From an uncultured Acidobacteriaceae bacterium (GTDB lineage: Bacteria > Acidobacteriota > Terriglobia > Terriglobales > Acidobacteriaceae): a stretch of DNA of 64,000 nucleotides. The notes below the pieces were generated by a model, which saw nothing but the letters and a program-made list of their open reading frames with translations, was not told the DNA's origin and searched no databases. Below are positions 34,056 through 43,541 of the stretch, one piece after another. The translations under genes were made by a program, and so were the position numbers. The stretch's first letter is position 1, and every line of letters begins with the position of its first letter. The stretch covers positions 273,763 through 337,762 of the forward strand of contig CAWFTQ010000007.1 of NCBI GenBank assembly GCA_963818865.1, in the 5' to 3' direction.

Positions 34056-35042
34056 CTACTTCGTAGCGACGGTCGTGCCTGCATCGGCAAACGAAAAAGC
34101 TAAAGACACATTCGGATATTCCCGCCCATCCACTTCCACGTAGGGATAAACAAAATAGTTGAGTGGCTTGCCCTCCTGCGCGGGGCTCAGGCGAAGGTCG
34201 CGGCCCATGCTGAACTGCACGCGATTCACGTCGTGCGAGCCGAAAAAGTAGTCGCGTTTTTCCGGATGCTTCCAGGCTTCTGAGATGTCCACAGGAATCC
34301 ATCCTTTGCCGTCGACATAAAAATCTGACCAGCAGTGATAGCCTGCAATTTCGGCGGAATGCTTATCGGGTGGAAGTGGGAATCCAATTTCGAAGCGCGC
34401 CGGAACGCCTTGCGAGCGGGCCATAGCAATGAACAACGAATGGAAGTCGGTGCAGTTACCCTTCTTGGCATCGCAGGCGTAGAGAACGTCGCCATGTCCC
34501 CAGCCAGTTCCCGTCTTGTCATAGCGCATGGTGGTGAAGACGTAGTCGTAGATGGCGCGAGCTTTGTCGAGGGGTTGAGTCTTGCCCTGAGTGACCTTCA
34601 CAGCGAGCTCGGCGGGTAGGCCGGTGACGGGCACGAGAACATCGGGCTGCAAGTCTTGTTGTTTTTCCGAAGATGAAAGCGAAACCGGAACTACGTGCGG
34701 CGCGGTTTGCCCCAGGGCCACGCGTTCATGGCGTATCACTTCATATTCGATATCGAAGTGCAGCTCCGGCGGAGCGGAGCCGGTCTCGGCATAATAGATC
34801 TGATTGCCGTACTTCGATTCGCTGGTCTCCTCTAATGGCAGATCGCCTTTGGCTGAGATGATATTCACCTGTTGATAAGCGTCCGACCGGGCTGCCGGGA
34901 TCCACACTCGAACCTTTTCACCGGCGGAAAGATTCTTGATGGTGAAGGCGTAGGAGAACGTGAAGTGGCGAGAATCCTGGGCGTAGATGGACACCGCAAA
35001 GACCAGAAACAGAGATGATAATACGCAAGCCTTGCGCAGCAT
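34056..35042 (-). CDS. Secreted transglutaminase-like cysteine protease-fold protein
   Basis: GNCTDFHSLFIAMARSQGVPARF catalytic Cys block. Signal peptide from the ATG at 35042. Confidence 0.8.
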   Translation of the reverse strand: MLRKACVLSSLFLVFAVSIYAQDSRHFTFSYAFTIKNLSAGEKVRVWIPAARSDAYQQVNIISAKGDLPLEETSESKYGNQIYYAETGSAPPELHFDIEYEVIRHERVALGQTAPHVVPVSLSSSEKQQDLQPDVLVPVTGLPAELAVKVTQGKTQPLDKARAIYDYVFTTMRYDKTGTGWGHGDVLYACDAKKGNCTDFHSLFIAMARSQGVPARFEIGFPLPPDKHSAEIAGYHCWSDFYVDGKGWIPVDISEAWKHPEKRDYFFGSHDVNRVQFSMGRDLRLSPAQEGKPLNYFVYPYVEVDGREYPNVSLAFSFADAGTTVATK

Positions 35043-35266
35043 AGGCGGCTTCCTTTCATTGTTCGCAGCTGAGAACTGATAACCGGGAACTGAGGACCGG
35101 TTGTAAACGACACACGGGCGTCTTAGAGGGAACGCCGTCAAGTGAAGCCGCGCTTGGGTGTGCGCATAGGAGAAAGATGCCGGGCCCGCGTTCAGCGATG
35201 CGACATTTTAGCAAAGCCGGCAGTAAGAACAAACCGCGAGCGGATATTTTTCGTTAGAATGCCTGC

Positions 35267-36199
35267 GTGCCCGTCGCTATCCAATGTCGCGATCTACGCA
35301 AGACTTACGACGGTAAGGTCGAGGCCGTACGCGGGCTCAATCTCGAGATCCAAACCGGCGAATGTTTCGGCCTGCTCGGTCCCAACGGAGCAGGGAAGAC
35401 CACGACCATAGAAATCCTCGAGGGCTTGCTTGAGCCAACTTCCGGAGAAGTATCTATTTTTGGCCACTCCTGGCGTGAGAATGCGCGTGAAATGCGCGAA
35501 TGGCTGGGCATATCGCTGCAGGAGACGCGGCTTTCCGAAAAGCTTTCGGTCCGCGAAACCGTTGAACTGTTTGCCAGCTTCTATCGCGAGCCGCGTTCGT
35601 GCGATGAAGTTCTCGAGCAACTGCAGCTTACGGAGAAAGCAGATGCATGGGTGGGCAAGCTTTCTGGAGGACAGAGACAGCGACTGGCGGTGGCCACGGC
35701 GCTGGTGTGCAATCCGAAAATTCTTTTTCTGGACGAGCCGACCACCGGTCTCGATCCCCAGAGCCGGCGGCAACTTTGGGAGATCATTCGAGAGTTTCAA
35801 CGCGGTGGCGGCACCGTCCTGCTGACCACGCATTACATGGACGAGGCGGAACGGCTGTGCGACCGGCTGGCCATTGTTGATCACGGTCAGATCATCGCCG
35901 AGGGATCGCCCGCCAGTTTGATTGAGCGCCTGGGCGGTCATCATGTGGTGGAGTTTGCGGTCAGCGGTAATTCCGATGGGGCAGCACTCGATGTTTGGCG
36001 CGCGTTGCCCAGCGTGGAGTCTGTCCGAGAAGATGATGGCATGGTATCTCTCAGCGTGAAGGAACCTCATCTGGCGATTCCCGCGCTGCTGGATGCGGTC
36101 GGGGAGCAGGGGAGTCAATTGCAGCATCTCACCACTCGTCAGGCCAGTCTGGAAGATGTGTTCGTTCGGCTCACCGGGAGGCATTTGCGGGAAGGGTGA
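35267..36199 (+). CDS. ABC transporter ATP-binding protein (ABC-2/DrrA type)
   Basis: Walker A GPNGAGKTT, signature LSGGQRQR, Walker B ILFLDEPT. Confidence 0.9.
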   Translation: MPVAIQCRDLRKTYDGKVEAVRGLNLEIQTGECFGLLGPNGAGKTTTIEILEGLLEPTSGEVSIFGHSWRENAREMREWLGISLQETRLSEKLSVRETVELFASFYREPRSCDEVLEQLQLTEKADAWVGKLSGGQRQRLAVATALVCNPKILFLDEPTTGLDPQSRRQLWEIIREFQRGGGTVLLTTHYMDEAERLCDRLAIVDHGQIIAEGSPASLIERLGGHHVVEFAVSGNSDGAALDVWRALPSVESVREDDGMVSLSVKEPHLAIPALLDAVGEQGSQLQHLTTRQASLEDVFVRLTGRHLREG

Positions 36200-37335
36200 T
36201 GCTGCAACAAAATAAATCCATGCCTATCGCACAACAAATCCCGGACACAAAGGAACCAGTAGCGCGCATTCGACCGCCCAGGCGAAATGGCCGCTGGTCA
36301 GGCTACCTTCATCTTCTGGGGGCGCGCATGCTGGAGTTGGAGCGCGAACCCGAAGTCGTCTTCTGGGTGTTCGTGTTTCCATTGTTGCTGGCGGCGGGGC
36401 TCGGGATTGCATTCCGGAACAAGCCTAGCGATGCCACCTCCGTTGCGATTGTTGCAGGTCCGGGTGCGCAGGAAGTGCAGAGATTGTTGCAAAGCTCGGC
36501 GCCACATGCATCTTTTAGGATCGACGTGCAAGACGAGCAGGCCGCCAAAAAGGGATTTCGGCTGGGAAAGTACGATCTGGTGATTGATCCCGACGATAAA
36601 GGTGGGCTGCGCTATCGTTACGATCCCGCACGGCCGGAGAGCGTGCTGGCAAAAGCCGAGGCGGACGATGCGCTGCAAACCGCCGCCGGCCGCAAAGATG
36701 TGGTGGCGACGACCGTGACGACGTCGTCGGAGCCCGGTTCGCGCTATATCGACTTCCTCATTCCAGGCCTGCTGGGGATGAACCTGATGAACTCCGGCAT
36801 GTGGGGCATCGGATTTGCGCTCGTCGATATGCGGCAACGCAAGCTGCTGAAGCGCTTTGTAGGCACCCCCATGCGGCGGGGAGATTTTCTCCTCGCGCTC
36901 CTGTCGAGCCGCCTGGTGTTAATGATCATCGAAATCGGATTATTGCTCACCCTCGGCGTTCTTGTGTTTCATATGAAAGTTCTCGGGTCCGTGCTGGCGA
37001 TCCTCTTTCTCGGTGCGGTTGGGGCTATATGCTTCGGCGGAATTGGATTGCTGACGGCCAGCCGCGCCCAGAAGATAGAAAGCGTAAGCGGGCTCATGAA
37101 TCTTGTCATGATGCCCATGTGGATTTTTTCTGGAGTGTTCTTCTCCTACGAGCGCTTTCCCGCCGTGATCCAGCCCTTGATCAAGGCGCTCCCGCTGACC
37201 GCTCTGAACGATGCGCTCCGCGCCAGCATTCTGGAAGGGACCCCACTGATTCATCAGTGGCCGCGGCTGTTGGTGATGTTTCTTTGGGGTGGAGTTTCCT
37301 TCGTGCTGGCTCTGAGGTGGTTCCGCTGGACTTAG
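36196..37335 (+). CDS. ABC-2 type transporter permease
   Basis: Overlaps the ATPase stop. Has 6 predicted TM segments in the C-terminal half. Confidence 0.85.
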   Translation: MMLQQNKSMPIAQQIPDTKEPVARIRPPRRNGRWSGYLHLLGARMLELEREPEVVFWVFVFPLLLAAGLGIAFRNKPSDATSVAIVAGPGAQEVQRLLQSSAPHASFRIDVQDEQAAKKGFRLGKYDLVIDPDDKGGLRYRYDPARPESVLAKAEADDALQTAAGRKDVVATTVTTSSEPGSRYIDFLIPGLLGMNLMNSGMWGIGFALVDMRQRKLLKRFVGTPMRRGDFLLALLSSRLVLMIIEIGLLLTLGVLVFHMKVLGSVLAILFLGAVGAICFGGIGLLTASRAQKIESVSGLMNLVMMPMWIFSGVFFSYERFPAVIQPLIKALPLTALNDALRASILEGTPLIHQWPRLLVMFLWGGVSFVLALRWFRWT

Positions 37336-37393
37336 TTGTTTCTTACCTGGAAGAAATCTGAAAGCGCAAGGCAGAATTACTTGCCGAAGCTTG

Positions 37394-37425
37394 GGCCTCG
37401 TCCGCAATGAGTTACGAACGAGGCC
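37394..37425. terminator. Hairpin between convergent genes (weak, no U-tract)
   Basis: 8-bp stem GGCCTCGT/ACGAGGCC with a 16-nt loop. Confidence 0.3.
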
Positions 37426-37456
37426 GGCTGCGGTGCTTGCGAAAGCATTACTCTAC

Positions 37457-37681
37457 TTACTTGGCTAGCTTGGCGGCGGCCTTTCGGACCTTCGCCCAGC
37501 GCAGCCTTTGTGCTTCGGCAATTCGTCGGCGGGCATCCTTGCTCAAGGTACGGCCGGTCAACTTGAGCTTCTTCCCGCCCGAATGGCCGAGGGCGTCCAG
37601 CGCTTTCCCTACCTGTCCCATCTCTTTTTCGAGACGGGAGTATTCCTTCTGTAGGGAAGCCACTACTTTGTTCATCATCAT
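37457..37681 (-). CDS. Small basic coiled-coil hypothetical protein (74 aa)
   Basis: AGGGGGTG lies before the ATG at 37681. The C-terminus is K/R-rich (RRRIAEAQRLRWAKVRKAAAKLAK). Confidence 0.45.
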   Translation of the reverse strand: MMMNKVVASLQKEYSRLEKEMGQVGKALDALGHSGGKKLKLTGRTLSKDARRRIAEAQRLRWAKVRKAAAKLAK

Positions 37682-37808
37682 TAACACCCCCTTGTAACTA
37701 AGGCTAACACGGTTAGACAAGACTAGAAATATATTAGAAATGACCTCAAGTCCGGAGAAGGGTTTGGCGGTGACAGATTTGGGGCTATCGCCGAGTTAGA
37801 TATCGTGA

Positions 37809-39476
37809 TTACTGGCCGGTTCCAATGGTAGACAGGAAACGTGGGGTTTGTCGTGCCTTGATAGTTTGCTCGAACCCAAAAGCCAGGCGGATGAGGGTCG
37901 GCTCACTCCAGGCACGTCCGAAAAACGAGATTCCGACCGGCAATCCGGAGACAAATCCCGCGGTGACGTTGATATTTGGGTAGCCCGCGACAGCGGCGGC
38001 ATTGGAGCTTCCACCGGCCACGTGATCGCCGTTGATCAGGTCGGTGATCCACGCCGGCCCGCCGGTAGGCGCGACGATGGCGTCGAGGCGGTACTTATCC
38101 ATGGTGGAGTCAATGCCCTCGGTGCGGGCGAGTCGGTGGTTTTTCTCCAGCGCGTCAAGATATGCCTTTTCCGTCAGCGGACCTTTGGCTTCGGCTTTCA
38201 CAAATAAATCCTGCCCGAAATAGGGCATCTCCTTCTGCCGATTGCGGTCGTTGAAATCGATAATGTCTTTCAGCGTTTTCACGGGGGCATCCGGTCCGAC
38301 AGTTGCGAGATAAGCATTCAAGTCTGCCTTAAGTTCATACATGAAGACGAGCAGCTCGCTTTCATCGAACTTACCCAGAGTTTCAATATCCGCCGGATCG
38401 ATCATGATAGCGCCCTGTTTTCTCATGGCATCGATAGATTGCTCCATGAGTGCGTCGACGGCATCATTGAATCCGAAATATTTCCTCGCGACCCCGATGC
38501 GGGCGCCCTTAAGGCCGTTGAGATCGCAAAACTGGGCGTAGTCCGTCAAAGACTTGCCTTGACTATTTGCGGTAGCGGAGTCTCGCGGATCGACTCCTGT
38601 AAGCGCACCCAGCATAATCGCGGCGTCCCGCACCGTGCGGCACATGGGGCCGGCGCCATCCTGAGTGTGAGAAATCGGAATGATGCCGCTGCGGCTGACC
38701 AAGCCAACCGTGGACTTTATGCCGGCAACACCATTCGATGACGAAGGACAAACGATGGAACCATCGGTCTCGGTGCCGATGGCAGCGGCGCACAGATTCG
38801 CCGACACCCCCGCGCCTGAACCTGAGCTTGAACCACAAGGATTGCGGTCAAGCGCGTAAGGATTTTTCGTGAGACCTCCGCGGCCGCTCCATCCGCTGGT
38901 GGAGTGGCTCGAGCGAATGTTAGCCCACTCGCTGAGATTGGTTTTGCCCAGGATCACCGCCCCGGCGGCGCGCAGTTTTTCAGCGACAAAGGAATCTTTC
39001 GCCGGCTTGGAGCCGACCAGGGCGAGGGAACCGGCGGTGGTCATCATTCTGTCTGCGGTATCGATGTTGTCCTTGATAAATACCGGGATGCCGTGGAGCG
39101 GACCGCGAGGTCCTTTGACTTTTCGCTCCTCATCGAGACGGTCAGCGATAGACAGGGCGTCAGGGTTCATTTCGATGACACTGTTAAGCGCAGGACCATG
39201 CTTGTCAATTTCGTCGATACGCGCCGAATACTTTTCTACCAGGGAGCGGGCTGTGAACCTGCCCGACTTCATTCCATCTTGTAGATCGGCGATGGTCAAT
39301 TCATCGAGTTCGAAGGCCTTGATATCGGAGGCCGGAAGGTCAGATTCAATCTCCCGCGCAGCGCCTCGCGCAGAATAGAAGGGAGTCAGCGCCGCCGCAG
39401 CGCTTCCGACAATGGTGGCTTTTAGGAAGGTGCGGCGGCTGGCGGCGGGCTGGGCATCGTTTTCCTTTCGGGGCAT
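37809..39476 (-). CDS. Tat-exported amidase (amidase-signature family)
   Basis: Twin-arginine signal SRRTFLKATIVGSAAAAL. AS-family block GSSSGSGAG. Confidence 0.9.
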   Translation of the reverse strand: MPRKENDAQPAASRRTFLKATIVGSAAAALTPFYSARGAAREIESDLPASDIKAFELDELTIADLQDGMKSGRFTARSLVEKYSARIDEIDKHGPALNSVIEMNPDALSIADRLDEERKVKGPRGPLHGIPVFIKDNIDTADRMMTTAGSLALVGSKPAKDSFVAEKLRAAGAVILGKTNLSEWANIRSSHSTSGWSGRGGLTKNPYALDRNPCGSSSGSGAGVSANLCAAAIGTETDGSIVCPSSSNGVAGIKSTVGLVSRSGIIPISHTQDGAGPMCRTVRDAAIMLGALTGVDPRDSATANSQGKSLTDYAQFCDLNGLKGARIGVARKYFGFNDAVDALMEQSIDAMRKQGAIMIDPADIETLGKFDESELLVFMYELKADLNAYLATVGPDAPVKTLKDIIDFNDRNRQKEMPYFGQDLFVKAEAKGPLTEKAYLDALEKNHRLARTEGIDSTMDKYRLDAIVAPTGGPAWITDLINGDHVAGGSSNAAAVAGYPNINVTAGFVSGLPVGISFFGRAWSEPTLIRLAFGFEQTIKARQTPRFLSTIGTGQ

Positions 39477-39685
39477 GGTTCGATAGATCCTTTAAGTCGA
39501 AGGAATGGTGGCAAATCGCAACGAACATACTAATCTACTTCGGTCGCGATGTGCCGCCACATCGCGCAAGGGGAACGCAAGGGGAATACGAGCAATCCAG
39601 TCGGCCGGGCAGATCCGGTTGATCTCCACTTCTTGGGCTACTGCCGGCGTGCTGCAATTTTGCTGTGCATTTTGCCGCCGCCGTG

Positions 39686-39691
39686 TATAAT
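39686..39691 (+). promoter_or_regulatory. Consensus -10 box (TATAAT) about 120 nt upstream of cspA
   Basis: An exact TATAAT would give a long 5' UTR, as is usual for cold-shock genes. No convincing -35 is seen. Confidence 0.3.
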
Positions 39692-39813
39692 GAAGTTCAG
39701 CTAAGTTTGACTCACAAGCAATTGAAGGTCGGTATCGCCAACCAGCGTCACCCCCTCACTAGCAGCGAATCTTCCATAGCACAATTCAAGAAACAGGAAT
39801 AGGACTATCAACA

Positions 39814-40017
39814 ATGGCAGAACAAGGAACAGTGAAGTGGTTTAACGACGCCAAGGGCTATGGCTTTATCAGCCGACAAAATGGCGAAGACGTCTTCGTG
39901 CATTTCTCCGCGATTCAGGCTGGCGGCTTCCGCAGCCTGCAAGAAGGCCAAACCGTGCAGTTCGACGTGACCAAAGGCCCTAAGGGCTGGCAGGCGGAGA
40001 ACGTTCAGGCTGTCTAA
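39814..40017 (+). CDS. cspA: Cold-shock protein (CspA family)
   Basis: RNP1 KGYGFI and RNP2 VFVHF. 67 aa. Confidence 0.95.
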   Translation: MAEQGTVKWFNDAKGYGFISRQNGEDVFVHFSAIQAGGFRSLQEGQTVQFDVTKGPKGWQAENVQAV

Positions 40018-40048
40018 GCAGCACCGCTCTCGAAGCGCTAACTAAAGT

Positions 40049-40082
40049 GCCCGTGATCCGAAAGGATTTCGGGCATTTTTTC
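40049..40082 (+). terminator. Rho-independent terminator after cspA
   Basis: Hairpin GCCCGTGATCC-GAAA-GGATTTCGGGC followed by ATTTTTT. Confidence 0.7.
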
Positions 40083-40109
40083 TTGAAAATATTTGCCTGA
40101 CCCCAGCTC

Positions 40110-40907
40110 TCAAGGCTGCTGACGCGCTTGCTGCACCATTTCCACCAGAACTTTTCTGGCTTCCATCGCATTCCGCACTTCCCGCAGGAAAGCAATGCGC
40201 GCGCCGCGCACACCCTCCGTGGTTTTCAGGCGGACATTAAAGCCCAGCCGGTCTACCGCGGTCATTGCCGCCTCTTGCGACTCGAACCCGGCGCTCGTCC
40301 GCGCCAGTAAGAGGAGCGCATCTTTGTGGTCGGCATTCATGTGTTCGATGATCCCGGCTGCCACGTCAGCCAGCGGGTCGGGTTGAGCCTGGTCGTAGTC
40401 GGATGCCTTTACCCAGCCCATCACGCCGAAGCCTCCGACGTAGTAAACGTCTATTACATCCATTCGGTAAAAGGAAAAATCTTCGAAGTCTACCCAGTAT
40501 TTACTGTTCGCGTAACGCTCCAGGTAGAGCCTGCGAGCGTCGGCTATTTCGGGCTGAGGAATGGTCAGAACATTCCCCACCAACGTAACCCTCGACGCGC
40601 CCAGCGGATCCCCATCTCCGTCGGGCTGAGTAACCAGGAGACTGGCGCGCGAATCGGCTTGCAGATTTTGAGTGTGCATAGCCATCGTGCTGATTAGAAA
40701 GATGGGACGCCCCTGCGCATCCAGCCCGTAGGGCATCACCGATCCAAAGGGAAACCCCGGCTGCCTGCGGGAAACCGTGGAGAGGCTGCCGATGCGGCCT
40801 AAATATACTAAAGTGCGTGCCCGCTCAGAGAAAGAAGGCTCAGGAGCCGCCGGCTGATTGCTGGCGGTCGCCGTTCCGCCGTGATTTCGGGGGGATGAGG
40901 AAGCCAT
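40110..40907 (-). CDS. HugZ/DUF2470-like pyridoxamine-5'-phosphate-oxidase-fold protein (possible heme-degrading enzyme)
   Basis: The block ARTLVYLGRIGSLSTVSRRQPGFPFGSVMPYGLDAQGRPIFLIS resembles the HugZ-family split-barrel domain, and the C-terminal part is DUF2470-like. Assignment is from memory only. Confidence 0.65.
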   Translation of the reverse strand: MASSSPRNHGGTATASNQPAAPEPSFSERARTLVYLGRIGSLSTVSRRQPGFPFGSVMPYGLDAQGRPIFLISTMAMHTQNLQADSRASLLVTQPDGDGDPLGASRVTLVGNVLTIPQPEIADARRLYLERYANSKYWVDFEDFSFYRMDVIDVYYVGGFGVMGWVKASDYDQAQPDPLADVAAGIIEHMNADHKDALLLLARTSAGFESQEAAMTAVDRLGFNVRLKTTEGVRGARIAFLREVRNAMEARKVLVEMVQQARQQP

Positions 40908-41049
40908 GATTGTTCTCTTCAGGCAGTCTAACAGGCTATTGAGGACTCGGCAGACGCAGATTCGAAGGGCCAAAGAAACCCGGATTTGAGGACAAGAGTT
41001 GACGATCAGGATGAAGACGAAGGCTGACCCATATCAGGTGATGCGTAGA

Positions 41050-41910
41050 TTAGTGCCCGTTGCCCGGAAGGGAATGAGTTTCCTCCGCGGTAAGGCGAGA
41101 GAGGTCGCAGTAGCCGTAGCCTTTTAGGCAAGCTATGTAATTGCGCTTATGTTCAGCGTCGGCCAAGACCTTGGACTCGGATGCGGACAGTTTTGCATAG
41201 TCACAAGTCTCTTTGCCATCCTTGCAGGCGGCCATATTGCGCTCGTGTTCCGCGCTGGAAGTGCGGGCCGCCTCCGATGGAGTGAGGTGGGATCGGTCGC
41301 AGTCGTTCCATCCGCTCTCACAGTTCTGCGCATTGCGCTGGTGCTCCGCGGCGGTGACCACCTTGGTTTCGGACGGAGTCAGCTGGGAATGGTCGCAAAT
41401 GCCCAGGCCTTCTTTACAGTCGGAAACGTTGAGTTGGCGGCGGGCGGTAGCGACAGCCTCGGCTTCCGGTGTGCTCAATTTGGAATGATCGCAGGAGCCC
41501 GCTCCATTCTTGCAGTCGGTGAGGTTGCGATTGTGGTCGGAGAGGGATGAATCGCGAGCTTCGGATGGCGTGAGTTTTGATTGATCACAGGTGTGCATTC
41601 CGTCGACGCAAGCGGAAACGTTATTCTTGTGATCGGCGACGGCTAGTGCCGTGAGCTCCGGCGGGCTGAGTTTCGAGCGGTCACAAGCGTCATTGCCGCT
41701 TCTGCAATTCGCGACGTTGCGGGCGTGGAGGACGAGAGCTAGTTCCGCCGATTCCGACGAACTTAACTGGGATGGATCGCAAGCTTCGCGGCCCGCCTTG
41801 CAGGCCTCCAGATTTGCAGCACGATCATGGGTTTGCGCGTTAGCAAGGATGCACCAAAGCGTGAAGCAGATTATCTGTGCCCAGAAATGCTTCTTCAGAT
41901 CAAGCTTCAT
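41050..41910 (-). CDS. Secreted protein made of eight 32-aa two-cysteine tandem repeats
   Basis: GAGGCGG lies before the ATG at 41910. Signal peptide MKLDLKKHFWAQIICFTLWCILANA. Repeat consensus N-x3-C-x2-G-x3-C-D-x-S-x-L-(T/S)-P-S-E-x9-H-x-R. Confidence 0.7.
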   Translation of the reverse strand: MKLDLKKHFWAQIICFTLWCILANAQTHDRAANLEACKAGREACDPSQLSSSESAELALVLHARNVANCRSGNDACDRSKLSPPELTALAVADHKNNVSACVDGMHTCDQSKLTPSEARDSSLSDHNRNLTDCKNGAGSCDHSKLSTPEAEAVATARRQLNVSDCKEGLGICDHSQLTPSETKVVTAAEHQRNAQNCESGWNDCDRSHLTPSEAARTSSAEHERNMAACKDGKETCDYAKLSASESKVLADAEHKRNYIACLKGYGYCDLSRLTAEETHSLPGNGH

Positions 41911-41971
41911 AAATGACCGCCTCGGCAAATAAACTATGCCGGAACGAAATTCTGTGACGAAAACATTCATG

Positions 41972-42006
41972 GGCTGACCGAATCTGATATGCAGTTTCGG
42001 TCAGCC
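41972..42006 (-). terminator. Hairpin downstream of the SYLF-domain gene (no clear U-tract)
   Basis: 11-bp stem GGCTGACCGAA/TTCGGTCAGCC with a 13-nt loop. Confidence 0.35.
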
Positions 42007-42028
42007 ACAAATTGATTTGCCGATGCAG

Positions 42029-42742
42029 TTACTTGTCTTCTCTAGCTTCGGCCATGTGAGCCTGATGTCCGGCTTCCGACACAGCTTTCACAAACGCATC
42101 CGCGCTTTCCGGAATTGGCGCCCTGCCGGAAAGAATGTCGCGGAACATCATGTGCTTGCCATAAATGGCTCGCGTCGAGTCGTTATCCTGCTCGATTACC
42201 GCACCTTCCAGCGTTAAACCAGCGAACACGCCTTTGGAGCGCGAGTAGGTAAGAACTTCAGTGTTCAATGTCCAGTCGGTTCCGGCGGATGCGTGCCGGC
42301 CTACCGGGCCCGCTGCAACCGAGCCTTCGCCGGTGAGTTCGAATTTGCTGGAAAGGAGATGTTGCAAACCACGGTCATTCATGACCAGCATGACCAGGTC
42401 AACGCCTTCCACGCCGATCTGTAATCCCCAGCTACCGCCGCCAACCGAGACGAATGCGGGAGCGCTCCAGCCTTCAGCTGTGCGGCACGTAGCCACGCCG
42501 CGTCCGTGCTTGGCGCCAACGATGAAGCCACCTTTGATCAAATTTGGCACGACGACGATGCACTTGGCGGCACTTAATACTTCTTCCGGGATACCTTTGT
42601 CGGGCGTCGACATGATGGACTGCAGAACATCCACCGATTTCTGCATGCGGTCAATGGAGTCCTCCCGATCCGAGCCGGCAAATGCGTAAGTTCCAACCAT
42701 GCCGAGCAAACTCATCAACAGCAGTGAAATTGTCTTTTTCAT
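42029..42742 (-). CDS. Secreted SYLF (Ysc84/DUF500) lipid-binding-domain protein
   Basis: Signal peptide. GGSWGLQIG and EVLTYSRSKGVFAGLTLEG blocks. Confidence 0.75.
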   Translation of the reverse strand: MKKTISLLLMSLLGMVGTYAFAGSDREDSIDRMQKSVDVLQSIMSTPDKGIPEEVLSAAKCIVVVPNLIKGGFIVGAKHGRGVATCRTAEGWSAPAFVSVGGGSWGLQIGVEGVDLVMLVMNDRGLQHLLSSKFELTGEGSVAAGPVGRHASAGTDWTLNTEVLTYSRSKGVFAGLTLEGAVIEQDNDSTRAIYGKHMMFRDILSGRAPIPESADAFVKAVSEAGHQAHMAEAREDK

Positions 42743-43098
42743 GAATTGTTTCCTTTGGATTGCGAACTAAGAGGAAAAGACTTCAGATGGCTGACTTAGT
42801 TCAGGGGACCTGAAAGGGCGAGAAGAAGTGCTCGTCTCTGAGGTCATGATCGCTTAGGCAGAAAAGAATAGCTGGTCTGAATTGCTCACCTTCCTAAGTG
42901 TCGCCCCCCCGCAGGGCAAGTTTTCAAGCAATGTGAGCAATCCGACACAGCGTTGCACGCCTTAGCCTGTCAAGGTTGAGTTGCTGGATATCAGGGTCGC
43001 CGAAGATGCCAAGAGCGAGTTATCACTCGCCTTGCCCCGGCAGCCGTCCCTTTACAGCGGTTGCTACCAAATTGGGAAGAAAGGGTGCGGAAAGTTCA

Positions 43099-43314
43099 AT
43101 GGCTCGTCGTCGCATTCGCAGCCGGATCGCTGTCATCCTGGGTTCATTCACGAAGTTGTTCGGGATGGTTAAGCCCGCGGCCCCAGCCTTCGGGACGCAA
43201 AGGATGTGCCCGTCCTGCGGCCTGATCACTCCGCGAGGCAAACCATTGTGTTTGGAATGCGGCAAACCGCTCCGGGTCATGCAACTCGAGCGGAAAGACG
43301 CGAGGCGGGGATAA
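43099..43314 (+). CDS. Small zinc-ribbon protein (71 aa)
   Basis: C-x2-C ... C-x2-C (MCPSCGLITPRGKPLCLECGKPL). The start is uncertain. Confidence 0.35.
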   Translation: MARRRIRSRIAVILGSFTKLFGMVKPAAPAFGTQRMCPSCGLITPRGKPLCLECGKPLRVMQLERKDARRG

Positions 43315-43346
43315 GGACGAGAACGGAATCGTAAAAGGAGAAAATC

Positions 43347-43496
43347 ATGCTTTGGACAATTTTTGTTGTGCTTCTTATTCTGTGGTTACTGGGTTTCAGC
43401 CTGCATATAGCTGGAGGTCTGATTCACCTGCTGCTGGTAGTGGCCTTGGTCATCCTGGTCATCAACTTGTTCAGTGGTCGCCGTTCGGCATTGTGA
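43347..43496 (+). CDS. 49-aa membrane peptide (lmo0937/DUF5670-like)
   Basis: Not in the ORF track. AAGGAGAAAATC precedes the ATG. MLWTIFVVLLILWLLGFSLHIAGGLIHLLLVVALVILVINLFSGRRSAL matches the remembered family pattern. Confidence 0.65.
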   Translation: MLWTIFVVLLILWLLGFSLHIAGGLIHLLLVVALVILVINLFSGRRSAL

Positions 43497-43541
43497 TTAT
43501 CTTTTGAGAAACCAAATGTCGTTGAGTTTCTCAGCCTGCGG

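Noticed and set aside
35294-36184. 296-aa ORF antisense to the ABC ATPase gene
   Set aside because: The plus strand has Walker A, signature and Walker B motifs in order. The antisense product has no motifs.
42976-43098. N-terminal 41 codons of the 112-aa ORF in front of the zinc-ribbon peptide
   Set aside because: This part is Ser/Pro/Cys/Gly-rich and starts with TTG. The internal ATG at 43099 gives a compact basic N-terminus plus zinc ribbon, so only the shorter form is reported, and with low confidence.
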